44,125 nt of DNA from a virus. Its lineage: Duplodnaviria > Caudoviricetes. The notes under the pieces are model-generated. The model was given only the letters and a program-made list of their open reading frames with translations. It was not told where the DNA came from and did no database searches. Of the stretch, positions 1 to 8,343 are shown piece by piece (position 1 is the first letter of the stretch; each line of letters opens with the position of its first letter). Location: positions 1 to 44,125 of the IMG/VR virus record IMGVR_UViG_3300005804_000105, one strand, 5' to 3'. The position numbers were made by a program, and so were the translations under genes.

Positions 1-194
1 AAAACCTCCAAAGAAATTATTTTGTTTTCTTAATACTATTATTATACACATTGTATGGGGGGATACACTTATAAAATAGACTGGTAAGTTACTTTATAAA
101 ACGAGTTGATCACTTGATGGAATAAACTGTTATTTCCGCCCGTACGAAGCGTCATTTGCACGCCGGTCAATATGTTGAGCTAATGGCTTTTTTT

Positions 195-1772
195 CTACCC
201 CTCAACCTCCGTCCCATCCTTAAAACAAAACCTCAAGCCCCCATCCTCCTTTACCACCACCTTCTCAAGTATAAGAGTCCAGAGCCTCTCATCAAACTCA
301 TCAAGTACCCTTTCACAACCTTCAACATCCCTAATAAACCCTTTAAGGGTATGGCTCCGGCTTTGCCTCTCACTTTTCATTTCTTCTAGTGCCGTAACCC
401 TCTTAGTCGCCTTCTCATGCCGCGCTACGTAAGCCTCATGCTGCTTTTCCCACTCGACTTGACTCATGGCTTTATGAGCATTTTCATAAACCGCTTTATT
501 CGATTCCTCGACGATGGCTGCAATCTCATCGTGAAGCTTATCAATTTCCTCGTCGATCTTGGTGTTATCGGCGAGAAGTTCAATTGCGATTTCACAGTTC
601 TTGATAAGCTCTTCCTTAACACCGAAGAGGTTGTTAAAGGCCGTTACAAATTTCTCTTTAACTTCATCTTCTGTGACATACGGGGTAGTGCATCTGTCTA
701 CCCCTTTATACTTGTCGTTACACTGCCAGATGACCTTACGGTGCTTGGTATTTGAGGCCCATACCTTAGGGCCGTAGTACCCACCACATTCACTACAGAC
801 AAGCTTAGCAGAAAGTGGGTTCTGACAGCCATTTGGCCTGCCGAGCTTTTTTCGCCTCTGGAGTTCAACCTGAACCGCTTCAAACTCATCTGGTGAGATG
901 ATGGCAGGGTGGCTGTTCTGGACGTAGTATCGTGGGGCTTCACCTTCATTGATTTTGACTTTTTTGGTAAGAAAGTCCACCGTTATTTTTTTCTGAAGTA
1001 TGGCATCGCCAGAATATTTCTCATTGGTTAAGATGGACTCAACCGTTCCAACTTGCCATCTTTTCTTGCCTGCAGGGGAGAGGATCTCTTTAGCAGTCAG
1101 GTGGCGAGCAATGTAGGAACACGTTTTTCCTTCTATAAATAAGCGGTAGATTAGCCGAACTACCTGCGCCTGGCTTTCTACAATTTTAGGTGTACCGTCT
1201 TCACCTTTTTCATAGCCGAGGAAATGCTTATAAGGCATAGTGACTTTACCATCGGCGAAACGCTTGCGGTGGCCCCATGCCACGTTTTCGGAGATTGACC
1301 TACTTTCTTCCTGCGCGATTGACGCCATCAGCGTGATAAGCAGCTCGCCCTTACTATCAAAGGTATAAATGTTTTCTTTTTCGAAGTATACCTCAACACC
1401 TTTATCCTTTAGTTTACGTATCGTAGTAAGGCTATCGACGGTGTTTCTCGCAAATCGACTAATGGATTTAGTGATGATGAGATCGATCTTACCTGCGATG
1501 GCATCATCCACCATTCTGTTAAATCCTGCTCTACCTTTTGTACTAACACCACTGATACCTTCATCAGTATAAATGCCGATAAAATCAAGATCTGGTCGCT
1601 TATCAATGTATTCAGTGTAGTAATCCACTTGGGCTTGATAAGAGTTGAGCTGTTCATCGCTGTCAGTGGAGACCCTGGCATATGCTGCGGTTCGTCTTTT
1701 AGATGGGCTGTTCAAAGGATTTGCAGTATTCTTATGAATTGTTGCAGGGTATATGATGACACTCGAAGCCAT
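195..1772 (-). CDS. Large serine recombinase (resolvase + recombinase + Zn-ribbon + coiled coil)
   Basis: AAYARVST catalytic motif, KSISRFARN, SIAQEESRSISEN, CSECG..WQC Zn ribbon. Confidence 0.95.
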   Translation of the reverse strand: MASSVIIYPATIHKNTANPLNSPSKRRTAAYARVSTDSDEQLNSYQAQVDYYTEYIDKRPDLDFIGIYTDEGISGVSTKGRAGFNRMVDDAIAGKIDLIITKSISRFARNTVDSLTTIRKLKDKGVEVYFEKENIYTFDSKGELLITLMASIAQEESRSISENVAWGHRKRFADGKVTMPYKHFLGYEKGEDGTPKIVESQAQVVRLIYRLFIEGKTCSYIARHLTAKEILSPAGKKRWQVGTVESILTNEKYSGDAILQKKITVDFLTKKVKINEGEAPRYYVQNSHPAIISPDEFEAVQVELQRRKKLGRPNGCQNPLSAKLVCSECGGYYGPKVWASNTKHRKVIWQCNDKYKGVDRCTTPYVTEDEVKEKFVTAFNNLFGVKEELIKNCEIAIELLADNTKIDEEIDKLHDEIAAIVEESNKAVYENAHKAMSQVEWEKQHEAYVARHEKATKRVTALEEMKSERQSRSHTLKGFIRDVEGCERVLDEFDERLWTLILEKVVVKEDGGLRFCFKDGTEVEG

Positions 1773-1773
1773 G

Positions 1774-3066
1774 TTAATGCCTCCTTGCTTTTAAGCGCGC
1801 AGCTTCACGCATCTGGCTTGTCCAGCTTTCGCTCCGGGATTTTTTGTGCCAGATCTTCTCTACCTTATGGCCATCCCGGAAGATAAAGACTAAGGTATGA
1901 TCTTCTTGGATCAAGATCTTAGTTATTTTTTCTTTGAAGAGATCCTCGTCAAAGTCCGCTTGGTTTAAGACCTCAGCGCTCATTTCGTAGAGCACGGAGT
2001 CTGGTATTTGCCGAGCAGGGCAGACGTCTTTACCCTTATTCAAATAGGTTGAGCATTTCCAGACTACGCTGCCACGGAGTGCTTTTCTTTTGTAATTTTT
2101 ACCGCAGTGGCCACAGACGATCATGCCGCTAAAGGGGTAGCGATTACGGTTACCAGTGATCACCTTTGAAAGACTGCGCCTCATATCGAGTATTTCTTTA
2201 GCCATTTCAAAAGTGGCTTCATCGATAATAGCTGGGTGAGTATCCCGAGCGTGGTACTTTGGTCGTTCTCCTTTATTGAGCACTAACTTTTTTTCCAAAT
2301 GGTCTTTCACAAACTTTTTCATTAGCACGGCATGCCCCGTGTATTTTTCGTTTTTGATGATCGCTATGACACTGTCAGCGGTCCACTTATCACTGCGAAG
2401 AGGGGAGATGCCCATTTTCGTCAGTTTCTTCGCGATCGTGCCGCCACCCATGCCATTAATGTAATCATCAAAAATCATACGCACTGTGTCGGCTTTTTCC
2501 GGATCAATCTCGACATTGCCATTTGAAATCCGGTATCCATACATAAACCGTAGGCCAGCCAGTTCGCCTTTTTCGAATTTCTTTCGAATCCGCCATTTAC
2601 AGTTTTCGCTCACAGAATAACTTTCAGCCTCAGCATAAGCTGCAAAAATGGTCAGCATAAGTTCACCATCGTCACTTAGTGTATTGATATTTTGCTCTTC
2701 AAAGAAGACGCCTACACCGATGTCTTTAAGTGCTCTGATGATCGTAAGTAGGTCCACCGTGTTGCGTGCAAGCCGAGAGGCGCTTTTAATTATGACAAGG
2801 TCAATACTACCGGCCTTACAATCCTCGAGAAGTCGCCTTAGTTCAGGTCGGTTATTCTTTGTGCCAGTCATAGCTTCATCTGCATAGACACCAGCGTAAA
2901 CCCAGCCAGGCTCATCCTGAATGTACTTACTGTAATGACTCACCTGGGCGGCAAGGGAATGCATCATGGCATCTTTACCTGAGGACACTCTGGCATAGGC
3001 CGCTACCCTTTTGAACTCTGGTAGTTTAGGTATAGGTCTATCTGTTCTAGTGATGATAGGTTCCAT
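1774..3066 (-). CDS. Second large serine recombinase
   Basis: AAYARVSS, SASRLARN, CGHCG..WKC Zn ribbon; RBS GGAGG upstream. Confidence 0.93.
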   Translation of the reverse strand: MEPIITRTDRPIPKLPEFKRVAAYARVSSGKDAMMHSLAAQVSHYSKYIQDEPGWVYAGVYADEAMTGTKNNRPELRRLLEDCKAGSIDLVIIKSASRLARNTVDLLTIIRALKDIGVGVFFEEQNINTLSDDGELMLTIFAAYAEAESYSVSENCKWRIRKKFEKGELAGLRFMYGYRISNGNVEIDPEKADTVRMIFDDYINGMGGGTIAKKLTKMGISPLRSDKWTADSVIAIIKNEKYTGHAVLMKKFVKDHLEKKLVLNKGERPKYHARDTHPAIIDEATFEMAKEILDMRRSLSKVITGNRNRYPFSGMIVCGHCGKNYKRKALRGSVVWKCSTYLNKGKDVCPARQIPDSVLYEMSAEVLNQADFDEDLFKEKITKILIQEDHTLVFIFRDGHKVEKIWHKKSRSESWTSQMREAARLKARRH

Positions 3067-3086
3067 CTTTTTTCCCTCCTTCTGAT

Positions 3087-3120
3087 TACATATATCACTC
3101 GTAAAGCTACTAATAGCAAG
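3087..3120 (-). promoter_or_regulatory. Conserved 34-bp promoter-like motif, copy 1 (CTTGCTATT-N-GAGTGATATATGTA)
   Basis: Same motif and length at 24844-24877 and 26546-26579, each just upstream of an RBS and start codon. Confidence 0.7.
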
Positions 3121-3122
3121 GT

Positions 3123-3281
3123 CTACAGGCGATAAATGCTGCTCGTTGGGAGGTTATATTTGTCTGCCATGATAGCAGAAAGCGCCTTAAATTCATCGTC
3201 TGTGATGAGACCATCATCAAGCCATTTTCTAAATGTCAGCATGGCGGTATAGTAGTGAATGATGTCTTTAATGTTAGTCAT
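3123..3281 (-). CDS. Small SHOCT-like protein, 52 aa (MTNIKDIIHYYTAMLTFRKWLDDGLITDDEFKALSAIMADKYNLPTSSIYRL)
   Basis: Translated by hand (below ORF-track cutoff); ATGA overlap with upstream gene; GLITDDEF motif; usual neighbour of phage recombinase pairs. Confidence 0.75.
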   Translation of the reverse strand: MTNIKDIIHYYTAMLTFRKWLDDGLITDDEFKALSAIMADKYNLPTSSIYRL

Positions 3282-3709
3282 CTTCTGACCACCTTAGATA
3301 AGCCATAACAGGCACGAGAGCAGTATTTGCGTTCTCGTTTTCCATAGCCCATAAAATCACGTCCACAGGTCTGGCAGCTAAATGTCCGGCCGTTTTTTCG
3401 TTTAACTGTCTCTTGATGCGCATTCCACCAACTCAGGCGGCAATGGTCTGAGCAGAAGTGCTTTTTCTTTCTACCAGTGGTCTGGATTAGAGGGGCACTG
3501 CACTCTTGGCAAAGCGTGACATTAATTGTTTCAGGTTCTGGTGAAATCGCACTGGCTAAATGATTTCTTTGGCAGAAGGATTTCACAGTGTTTTGTGAGA
3601 GGCCAAGTTGATCTGCAATTTCAAAGTAGCTCCTGCCAGCGCCGCGTAGCTTCTTAACGGCTTCTTTTTGCTTTTGATTCAACTTAAAATACCTCCTTTC
3701 GGTCGTCAT
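3278..3709 (-). CDS. HTH (sigma region 4-like) protein with Cys-rich Zn-finger motifs
   Basis: SYFEIADQLGLSQNTVKS HTH; CQEC, FCSDHC, CQTC, YCSRAC. The true start may lie a few codons downstream. Confidence 0.8.
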   Translation of the reverse strand: MTTERRYFKLNQKQKEAVKKLRGAGRSYFEIADQLGLSQNTVKSFCQRNHLASAISPEPETINVTLCQECSAPLIQTTGRKKKHFCSDHCRLSWWNAHQETVKRKNGRTFSCQTCGRDFMGYGKRERKYCSRACYGLSKVVRR

Positions 3710-3746
3710 GAATGTGACGGGGATAGGCTAGGGGAGAACAGGATGG

Positions 3747-3785
3747 AAAAGAAAAAGACCCATAGAGCGAACTCTACAGGTCTTT
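3747..3785 (-). terminator. Intrinsic terminator after endolysin
   Basis: Minus strand AAGACCTGTAGAG-TTCG-CTCTATGGGTCTT followed by T-rich run. Confidence 0.75.
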
Positions 3786-3799
3786 AGTTTTTGGCTAAC

Positions 3800-4732
3800 C
3801 TATTTTGGCAGTTTCAGCTTTTGTCCAATATGGATCACATCAGATGTGAGACCATTTAGCCCCTTGATCTCGTGGCGAAGGTTGCTATCACCTAGTTTTA
3901 TCTTAGCAATTTTCCAGAGAGAATCCCCTTTGACGACCGTATAGATCTCATAATCAGGATCGTGGCTACCGATGTATAGTTTTATGCCATTTTCATCAAA
4001 AACGGAGTACCCTGGATTCTCATCAGCGCATATAATAGCGTAATGCAGTTTTCTAAAGGCGCCCTTTTGCGATTTAGCATCATTCCAGGTTTTACGAACG
4101 CGGTATAGTGGACTATTCGAAGATACGGTAGAGACGCTTAGTTTCTTTCTTACATCAGCCCGAAAGTGGTCCATGTTTTTACCGTGCTTCACAAACCAGT
4201 GCATGACATCCGCGTGATTTGATGCGATGCCCTTTTTACTTCCTTCAGAGTGGCAGAGGATGTCCTTTTCAGTAAGACCATATTTCCTGCAAAGAAAGAC
4301 GCAAAGATCTACGACGTTTTGCCATACATTATTAAAGTAGGCTTGATTCTTTTTCGCATCATAACCCGTCATCTGTAAGCCGGCAGTATAAGAAAACCCA
4401 CCAGGTTCACAGAGCTCAAGACCAATGTGGGTGTCGTTGGCTTTTCCTCCAGCATGCCATCCGCGGTGATCCCAGGGCAGATACTGCCAGATTTCTTTAT
4501 CGTCGATAAAGGCATGGACACAGACCTGACGACTCATTTCTCCTGCTTTATAGGATTTATTCCAGCGACTAAACCAGTCTCTAGCCTTCACACCCGGTTC
4601 GGCCGTTGAATGAATCATAATGCCTATAGGCGTGATCTTCTTATTTGCGAGGAAGCAGTCATTTCGGGTCATATATCGTGTTTTTAAATTATTAGGCATC
4701 AACGTCATCGTCCTCCTCACCAAACTGCTCAA
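3800..4732 (-). CDS. Endolysin: N-acetylmuramoyl-L-alanine amidase (Amidase_2) with C-terminal LysM
   Basis: IMIHSTA, GWHAG, IGLELCE, HSEG, NHAD; YTVVKGDSLWKIA...IHIGQKLKLP LysM. Start probably near 4708. Confidence 0.92.
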   Translation of the reverse strand: MSSLVRRTMTLMPNNLKTRYMTRNDCFLANKKITPIGIMIHSTAEPGVKARDWFSRWNKSYKAGEMSRQVCVHAFIDDKEIWQYLPWDHRGWHAGGKANDTHIGLELCEPGGFSYTAGLQMTGYDAKKNQAYFNNVWQNVVDLCVFLCRKYGLTEKDILCHSEGSKKGIASNHADVMHWFVKHGKNMDHFRADVRKKLSVSTVSSNSPLYRVRKTWNDAKSQKGAFRKLHYAIICADENPGYSVFDENGIKLYIGSHDPDYEIYTVVKGDSLWKIAKIKLGDSNLRHEIKGLNGLTSDVIHIGQKLKLPK

Positions 4733-5105
4733 GGATTTCTTTTAGCTTTCTAGGTACAGGTAGCCCCAGTCTTACACAGTTCTCGAGGATACTGATACCT
4801 TCATTTGAGAGATAAAAGAAAATGACAGCCATGCGTAATACGCTGCCGTCACCCATAATACTTCGGTCTATGATGTGTGCTATGCCGACGAGCGAAAAGA
4901 TCATCACTTTCTTAAAGATGCCTCTTGCCCCAATCTCACTAGAAAGCTTTTGTTCAACCACAGCGCACATGACTCCTAGTAAATAATCAATAACGACAAA
5001 AGCAACAAGGGCATAGACAAATTCATCACAACCCCCAAGAAAATAACCAATACTTCCACCAATTGTCGCCATCACCATCTGAATCACACTCCACTGATCT
5101 TTCAT
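4692..5105 (-). CDS. Phage holin (toxin secretion/phage lysis holin family)
   Basis: Hydrophobic segments, LSSEIGARGIFKK, NEGISILEN..LGLPVP motif; directly upstream of lysin. Confidence 0.92.
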   Translation of the reverse strand: MKDQWSVIQMVMATIGGSIGYFLGGCDEFVYALVAFVVIDYLLGVMCAVVEQKLSSEIGARGIFKKVMIFSLVGIAHIIDRSIMGDGSVLRMAVIFFYLSNEGISILENCVRLGLPVPRKLKEILEQFGEEDDDVDA

Positions 5106-5130
5106 TTACAAATCCTCCCCCCAACCTGAT

Positions 5131-5268
5131 TCATTTGGCATTTAGACTATTCATAACTTCAACAAACGCCTGGACTTCACTACCTTTGAGATCCACACGC
5201 ATGAGAAAGTTGATAAGATTATTCAGTTCTCTTTCTGAAAGTTTTATGTCCTTGATCTTATCCTCCAC
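5131..5268 (-). CDS. Small hypothetical protein, 45 aa (MEDKIKDIKLSERELNNLINFLMRVDLKGSEVQAFVEVMNSLNAK)
   Basis: Translated by hand; GTG start after GGAGGG; fills the gap between tail protein and holin. Confidence 0.6.
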   Translation of the reverse strand: MEDKIKDIKLSERELNNLINFLMRVDLKGSEVQAFVEVMNSLNAK

Positions 5269-5270
5269 AC

Positions 5271-7970
5271 TTAACCCTCCATTTTCTCTTCCAGTGTTTT
5301 AAGCCTAGTATTGAGATTCTGACAAACCTGCAGCAGTGCCACAGGCAGTTTCTCATAGGCAAAATAATCCGGCAGTCCTTCGGAGTTTACCTGAATAAAT
5401 TCGTGTAGACCCAGCGCCTGGGCTTCATCAGCGATCACGCCATAGTTCAGTGCGCCACTTGGGTCAATCTCATCAATATATTTAAAGGACACGGCTCTAA
5501 GCTGCATCAGGGCGTCAAAATTGAAGTTATAGTTCTCAATATCTTTCTTATGCCTTAACGGCGAAGACACATACCCATACTGACCGGTGGAATTGACCTG
5601 GACCGCCCGAGCTGAGGTCACTGTCCGGTTATAGGTTCCTGAACAGGTGATATTGTTTTGAAAGATCACGTCCGCTGTATCTGAAGAGTATATATTTTTA
5701 AGATAATGCGTTTTACCATAAATGATATTCCAATAGACTCCACCATGCCCTAAAGTATATGAATCTGTTGCATTAGGAGAAATGCCACCACTAACATTAA
5801 TTCTGGTGGCAGGCACGATATTAATTTGCGTGTCTGCGTAAATGGTCATATAACTTCCACCTTGATTAATATAACTCTGACCAGAAGTAGCGCCAAAGAA
5901 ATTAATTTCACCAGAGGTATAGTAACCAATGTCCACTCTTTTACCCGAAGCCGCTGTACGCATATTTTTACCGGTAATCGTCGTACCGGTGATATTTTCT
6001 GCCGCGACTGAAGCGGCGGTGACACTTAGCGCATTGACGTAAGCGGTGGTGACGGTGTTTTGAGTGATGGTGGTGGCCGTTGTGGCATTGATAGCATCCG
6101 TCGGCGGCTTAGTACCTGTGATCTGAGAATAAGATGGGGCGGTGACACTCGCCCAGGTGATGGATCCCCCGGTCATGGTGATGTTGCCGCTGATGGTCGC
6201 TGAGGTCGCTGTCAGGTTCCCAGCCTGGTCCACTCTAAAAGGCGCTGTCGTTCTGTTCGCATAGGTGTTCCCGGCCCAAAAGCGAATGGAGGTCCCTGCG
6301 GTTCCCGCGCCGTCTATCCCGGCATTGATGGTTCCGGTGGTGCCAAGCTCAATGCGCCCTGTCGTGATCAGTCCGCCGTTAATGGCAGTGATGGTACGGT
6401 CCGCATCTTCTGGTGGCTTGGTGCCAGTGATGTAGGAGGAGTTGTAGGCGATGGAATCAAGGGACGCTAAATTACCTGCATCTGAAAGGTTCTGAATGCC
6501 GCTTCCCCCGCTGATGGTCACTTGACCGGTGAAATTGGTCGTCGTGCCGTTAAAGGTGATCGCACCACTTGCCAGTGAAAACTGGCCATTTGACATGTTG
6601 ATGGACGACACACCATTAAATGAGGCTAAAGTTCCCGCCCTGATGCGGTCGGCATTTAAAGTCCCTGTTGAAATAAAGTCCGCGACAATGGCCCCATCTG
6701 CGGTAATGGCTGTGGAATAAGTGCCGCTGTAGCCGGTGCTTGAATAGCCAAGGCCGCCTACATTCCATCGCCAGACCTTTGAGGCGGTGTTGATGTCGTT
6801 TGTATTTATAATCAGAAGTTCATAGGGCTTTCCATTGACATCTAGATTTGTTATGATGCTGCCGCCCTGGGCACCCCGGATGAGATCGGTGGCATTGGTA
6901 ATGGCCGCAGTGACGTCAGGCGCGGCGTACTTTAGCGCCTGAGTGAGATTGGATCCCCCGGTCGGACTGATATTAGCCACCGGCTCACTTGGGGCCGACG
7001 CTTTAAACTCACTGATTAGACCACCATTAAAAGTCAGCTTATGGCTGAGAATCGCCATGTTTCTGATAGTACTGTTTTTATCCGTAAACTGAATCACATC
7101 GCCGACTTCCAGGTGCGGCATCCCCTGTAGGCGCATGGTATAGGCATAGTAGCTTAAGGGGAACTCTCGGCTAAAGATGGTCTGAAGCTGTGCATAGGTG
7201 AGGACCGAATCATTGGAAAATTTAAAGGCGTAACCGGCACTGGTGCCGTAGACGATGTTGTCTTCCTCATTTTCCTTCTCGACAATGAACTGTGTGATGT
7301 CCACCATGGCTTCTGAGTCCAGGCGAAAGTCGAGATAGTTGTCTGGACCTATGGTGAAGGCCGGACTGTTAAAGAAAATAAAAGCAAGGTTTCCGCTGAC
7401 ATCGATGATGGCATTTCGGGTCAGAAGTGCCGCCAGTTGCCCCAGGACCTGCCGCAGCGTTCCGGCGAGGGGCGCTTCGACGTTCACACTGGGAAGCGTC
7501 TGTGTGGCGAAGGCTATGCCAAAGTTCGAAGTGATCTCGGCCCTAACTGCGGCGTGAGTCGCTGGATAGGTGAGAGAGGTGCTGTAGACGATGTTGTCGA
7601 AGTCCGCCATTTTATCAAAGCACTCAAGTTCAATACTTCGCTCAGTTTTCTTAATGTCACTGTAACTGGCATAGAACACGCCCAGCGGTACATATTCAAA
7701 GACACCTGTTGTGATTTCGATTCCCACAAAAGGCTTGATCGGCTGCCCGACGATGGTCGGGATAGAGGCGTCCTGAATGAGCCTTAAAGTCAGCTTTCTC
7801 GACGTCACCCCGCCGATGGCTGGCAGTCCGCCAGATCCAAACTGCGTCTCTACAGAAAAGTCGATAATGAAGTCCTCCGGGATGGTCGATGCATTAATGA
7901 CAACATAGCCCTGGACGGTTCGAGCGGCTTCTTTGATTTTTGTCAGAAAGTTTGAACTTGCCGCAAACAT
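5271..7970 (-). CDS. Tail tip/central fibre protein with C-terminal intramolecular chaperone (peptidase S74-like)
   Basis: VWRWNVGGLGYS...AITADGAIVADFISTGTLNAD motif; Gly/Thr-rich beta region; SPLRHKKDIE..YGVIADE..coiled-coil C-terminus. Confidence 0.85.
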   Translation of the reverse strand: MFAASSNFLTKIKEAARTVQGYVVINASTIPEDFIIDFSVETQFGSGGLPAIGGVTSRKLTLRLIQDASIPTIVGQPIKPFVGIEITTGVFEYVPLGVFYASYSDIKKTERSIELECFDKMADFDNIVYSTSLTYPATHAAVRAEITSNFGIAFATQTLPSVNVEAPLAGTLRQVLGQLAALLTRNAIIDVSGNLAFIFFNSPAFTIGPDNYLDFRLDSEAMVDITQFIVEKENEEDNIVYGTSAGYAFKFSNDSVLTYAQLQTIFSREFPLSYYAYTMRLQGMPHLEVGDVIQFTDKNSTIRNMAILSHKLTFNGGLISEFKASAPSEPVANISPTGGSNLTQALKYAAPDVTAAITNATDLIRGAQGGSIITNLDVNGKPYELLIINTNDINTASKVWRWNVGGLGYSSTGYSGTYSTAITADGAIVADFISTGTLNADRIRAGTLASFNGVSSINMSNGQFSLASGAITFNGTTTNFTGQVTISGGSGIQNLSDAGNLASLDSIAYNSSYITGTKPPEDADRTITAINGGLITTGRIELGTTGTINAGIDGAGTAGTSIRFWAGNTYANRTTAPFRVDQAGNLTATSATISGNITMTGGSITWASVTAPSYSQITGTKPPTDAINATTATTITQNTVTTAYVNALSVTAASVAAENITGTTITGKNMRTAASGKRVDIGYYTSGEINFFGATSGQSYINQGGSYMTIYADTQINIVPATRINVSGGISPNATDSYTLGHGGVYWNIIYGKTHYLKNIYSSDTADVIFQNNITCSGTYNRTVTSARAVQVNSTGQYGYVSSPLRHKKDIENYNFNFDALMQLRAVSFKYIDEIDPSGALNYGVIADEAQALGLHEFIQVNSEGLPDYFAYEKLPVALLQVCQNLNTRLKTLEEKMEG

Positions 7971-7982
7971 AAGACTTCACCT

Positions 7983-8327
7983 CTACTTTTCAATAAACGT
8001 GGCAGCCAGGTTGATCCAAAGAATCACCCCGCCGAGATTTCGATACATGGGTGTGGTCCTGGCCGCCACATAAAAGGTCTTGGTGGTGACGCCTAGGGCT
8101 GGGTCAGGATACTGGATGGTGAAAAAAGCGCTGGTCATGGTCGCAAGGATCACACTGACTTCAGCTTGAGTAAGAGGACCCCACTCGACGGTGAGTTTTC
8201 GCTTTGTCGCCAGTCGGTCACGGACCAGATCCCCTTTGGCATTGCGATGGGTTTCACCTTCAAGATCAGATATTTCCACCGAAAAAGCTTTAGGCGTTTT
8301 CACGGCGGTTGAATTGATGGTCAGCAT
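7983..8327 (-). CDS. Small tail protein after TMP (distal tail-like, DUF6711-like)
   Basis: Position after TMP; RNAKGDLVRDRLATKRKL..W..L..F...YPDP motif. Confidence 0.7.
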   Translation of the reverse strand: MLTINSTAVKTPKAFSVEISDLEGETHRNAKGDLVRDRLATKRKLTVEWGPLTQAEVSVILATMTSAFFTIQYPDPALGVTTKTFYVAARTTPMYRNLGGVILWINLAATFIEK

Positions 8328-8343
8328 AGATCCTCACCTCTAT

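Noticed and set aside
1-194. Attachment site next to the recombinases
   Set aside because: No core repeat matching the other end of the window could be identified; serine att cores are too short to call by eye
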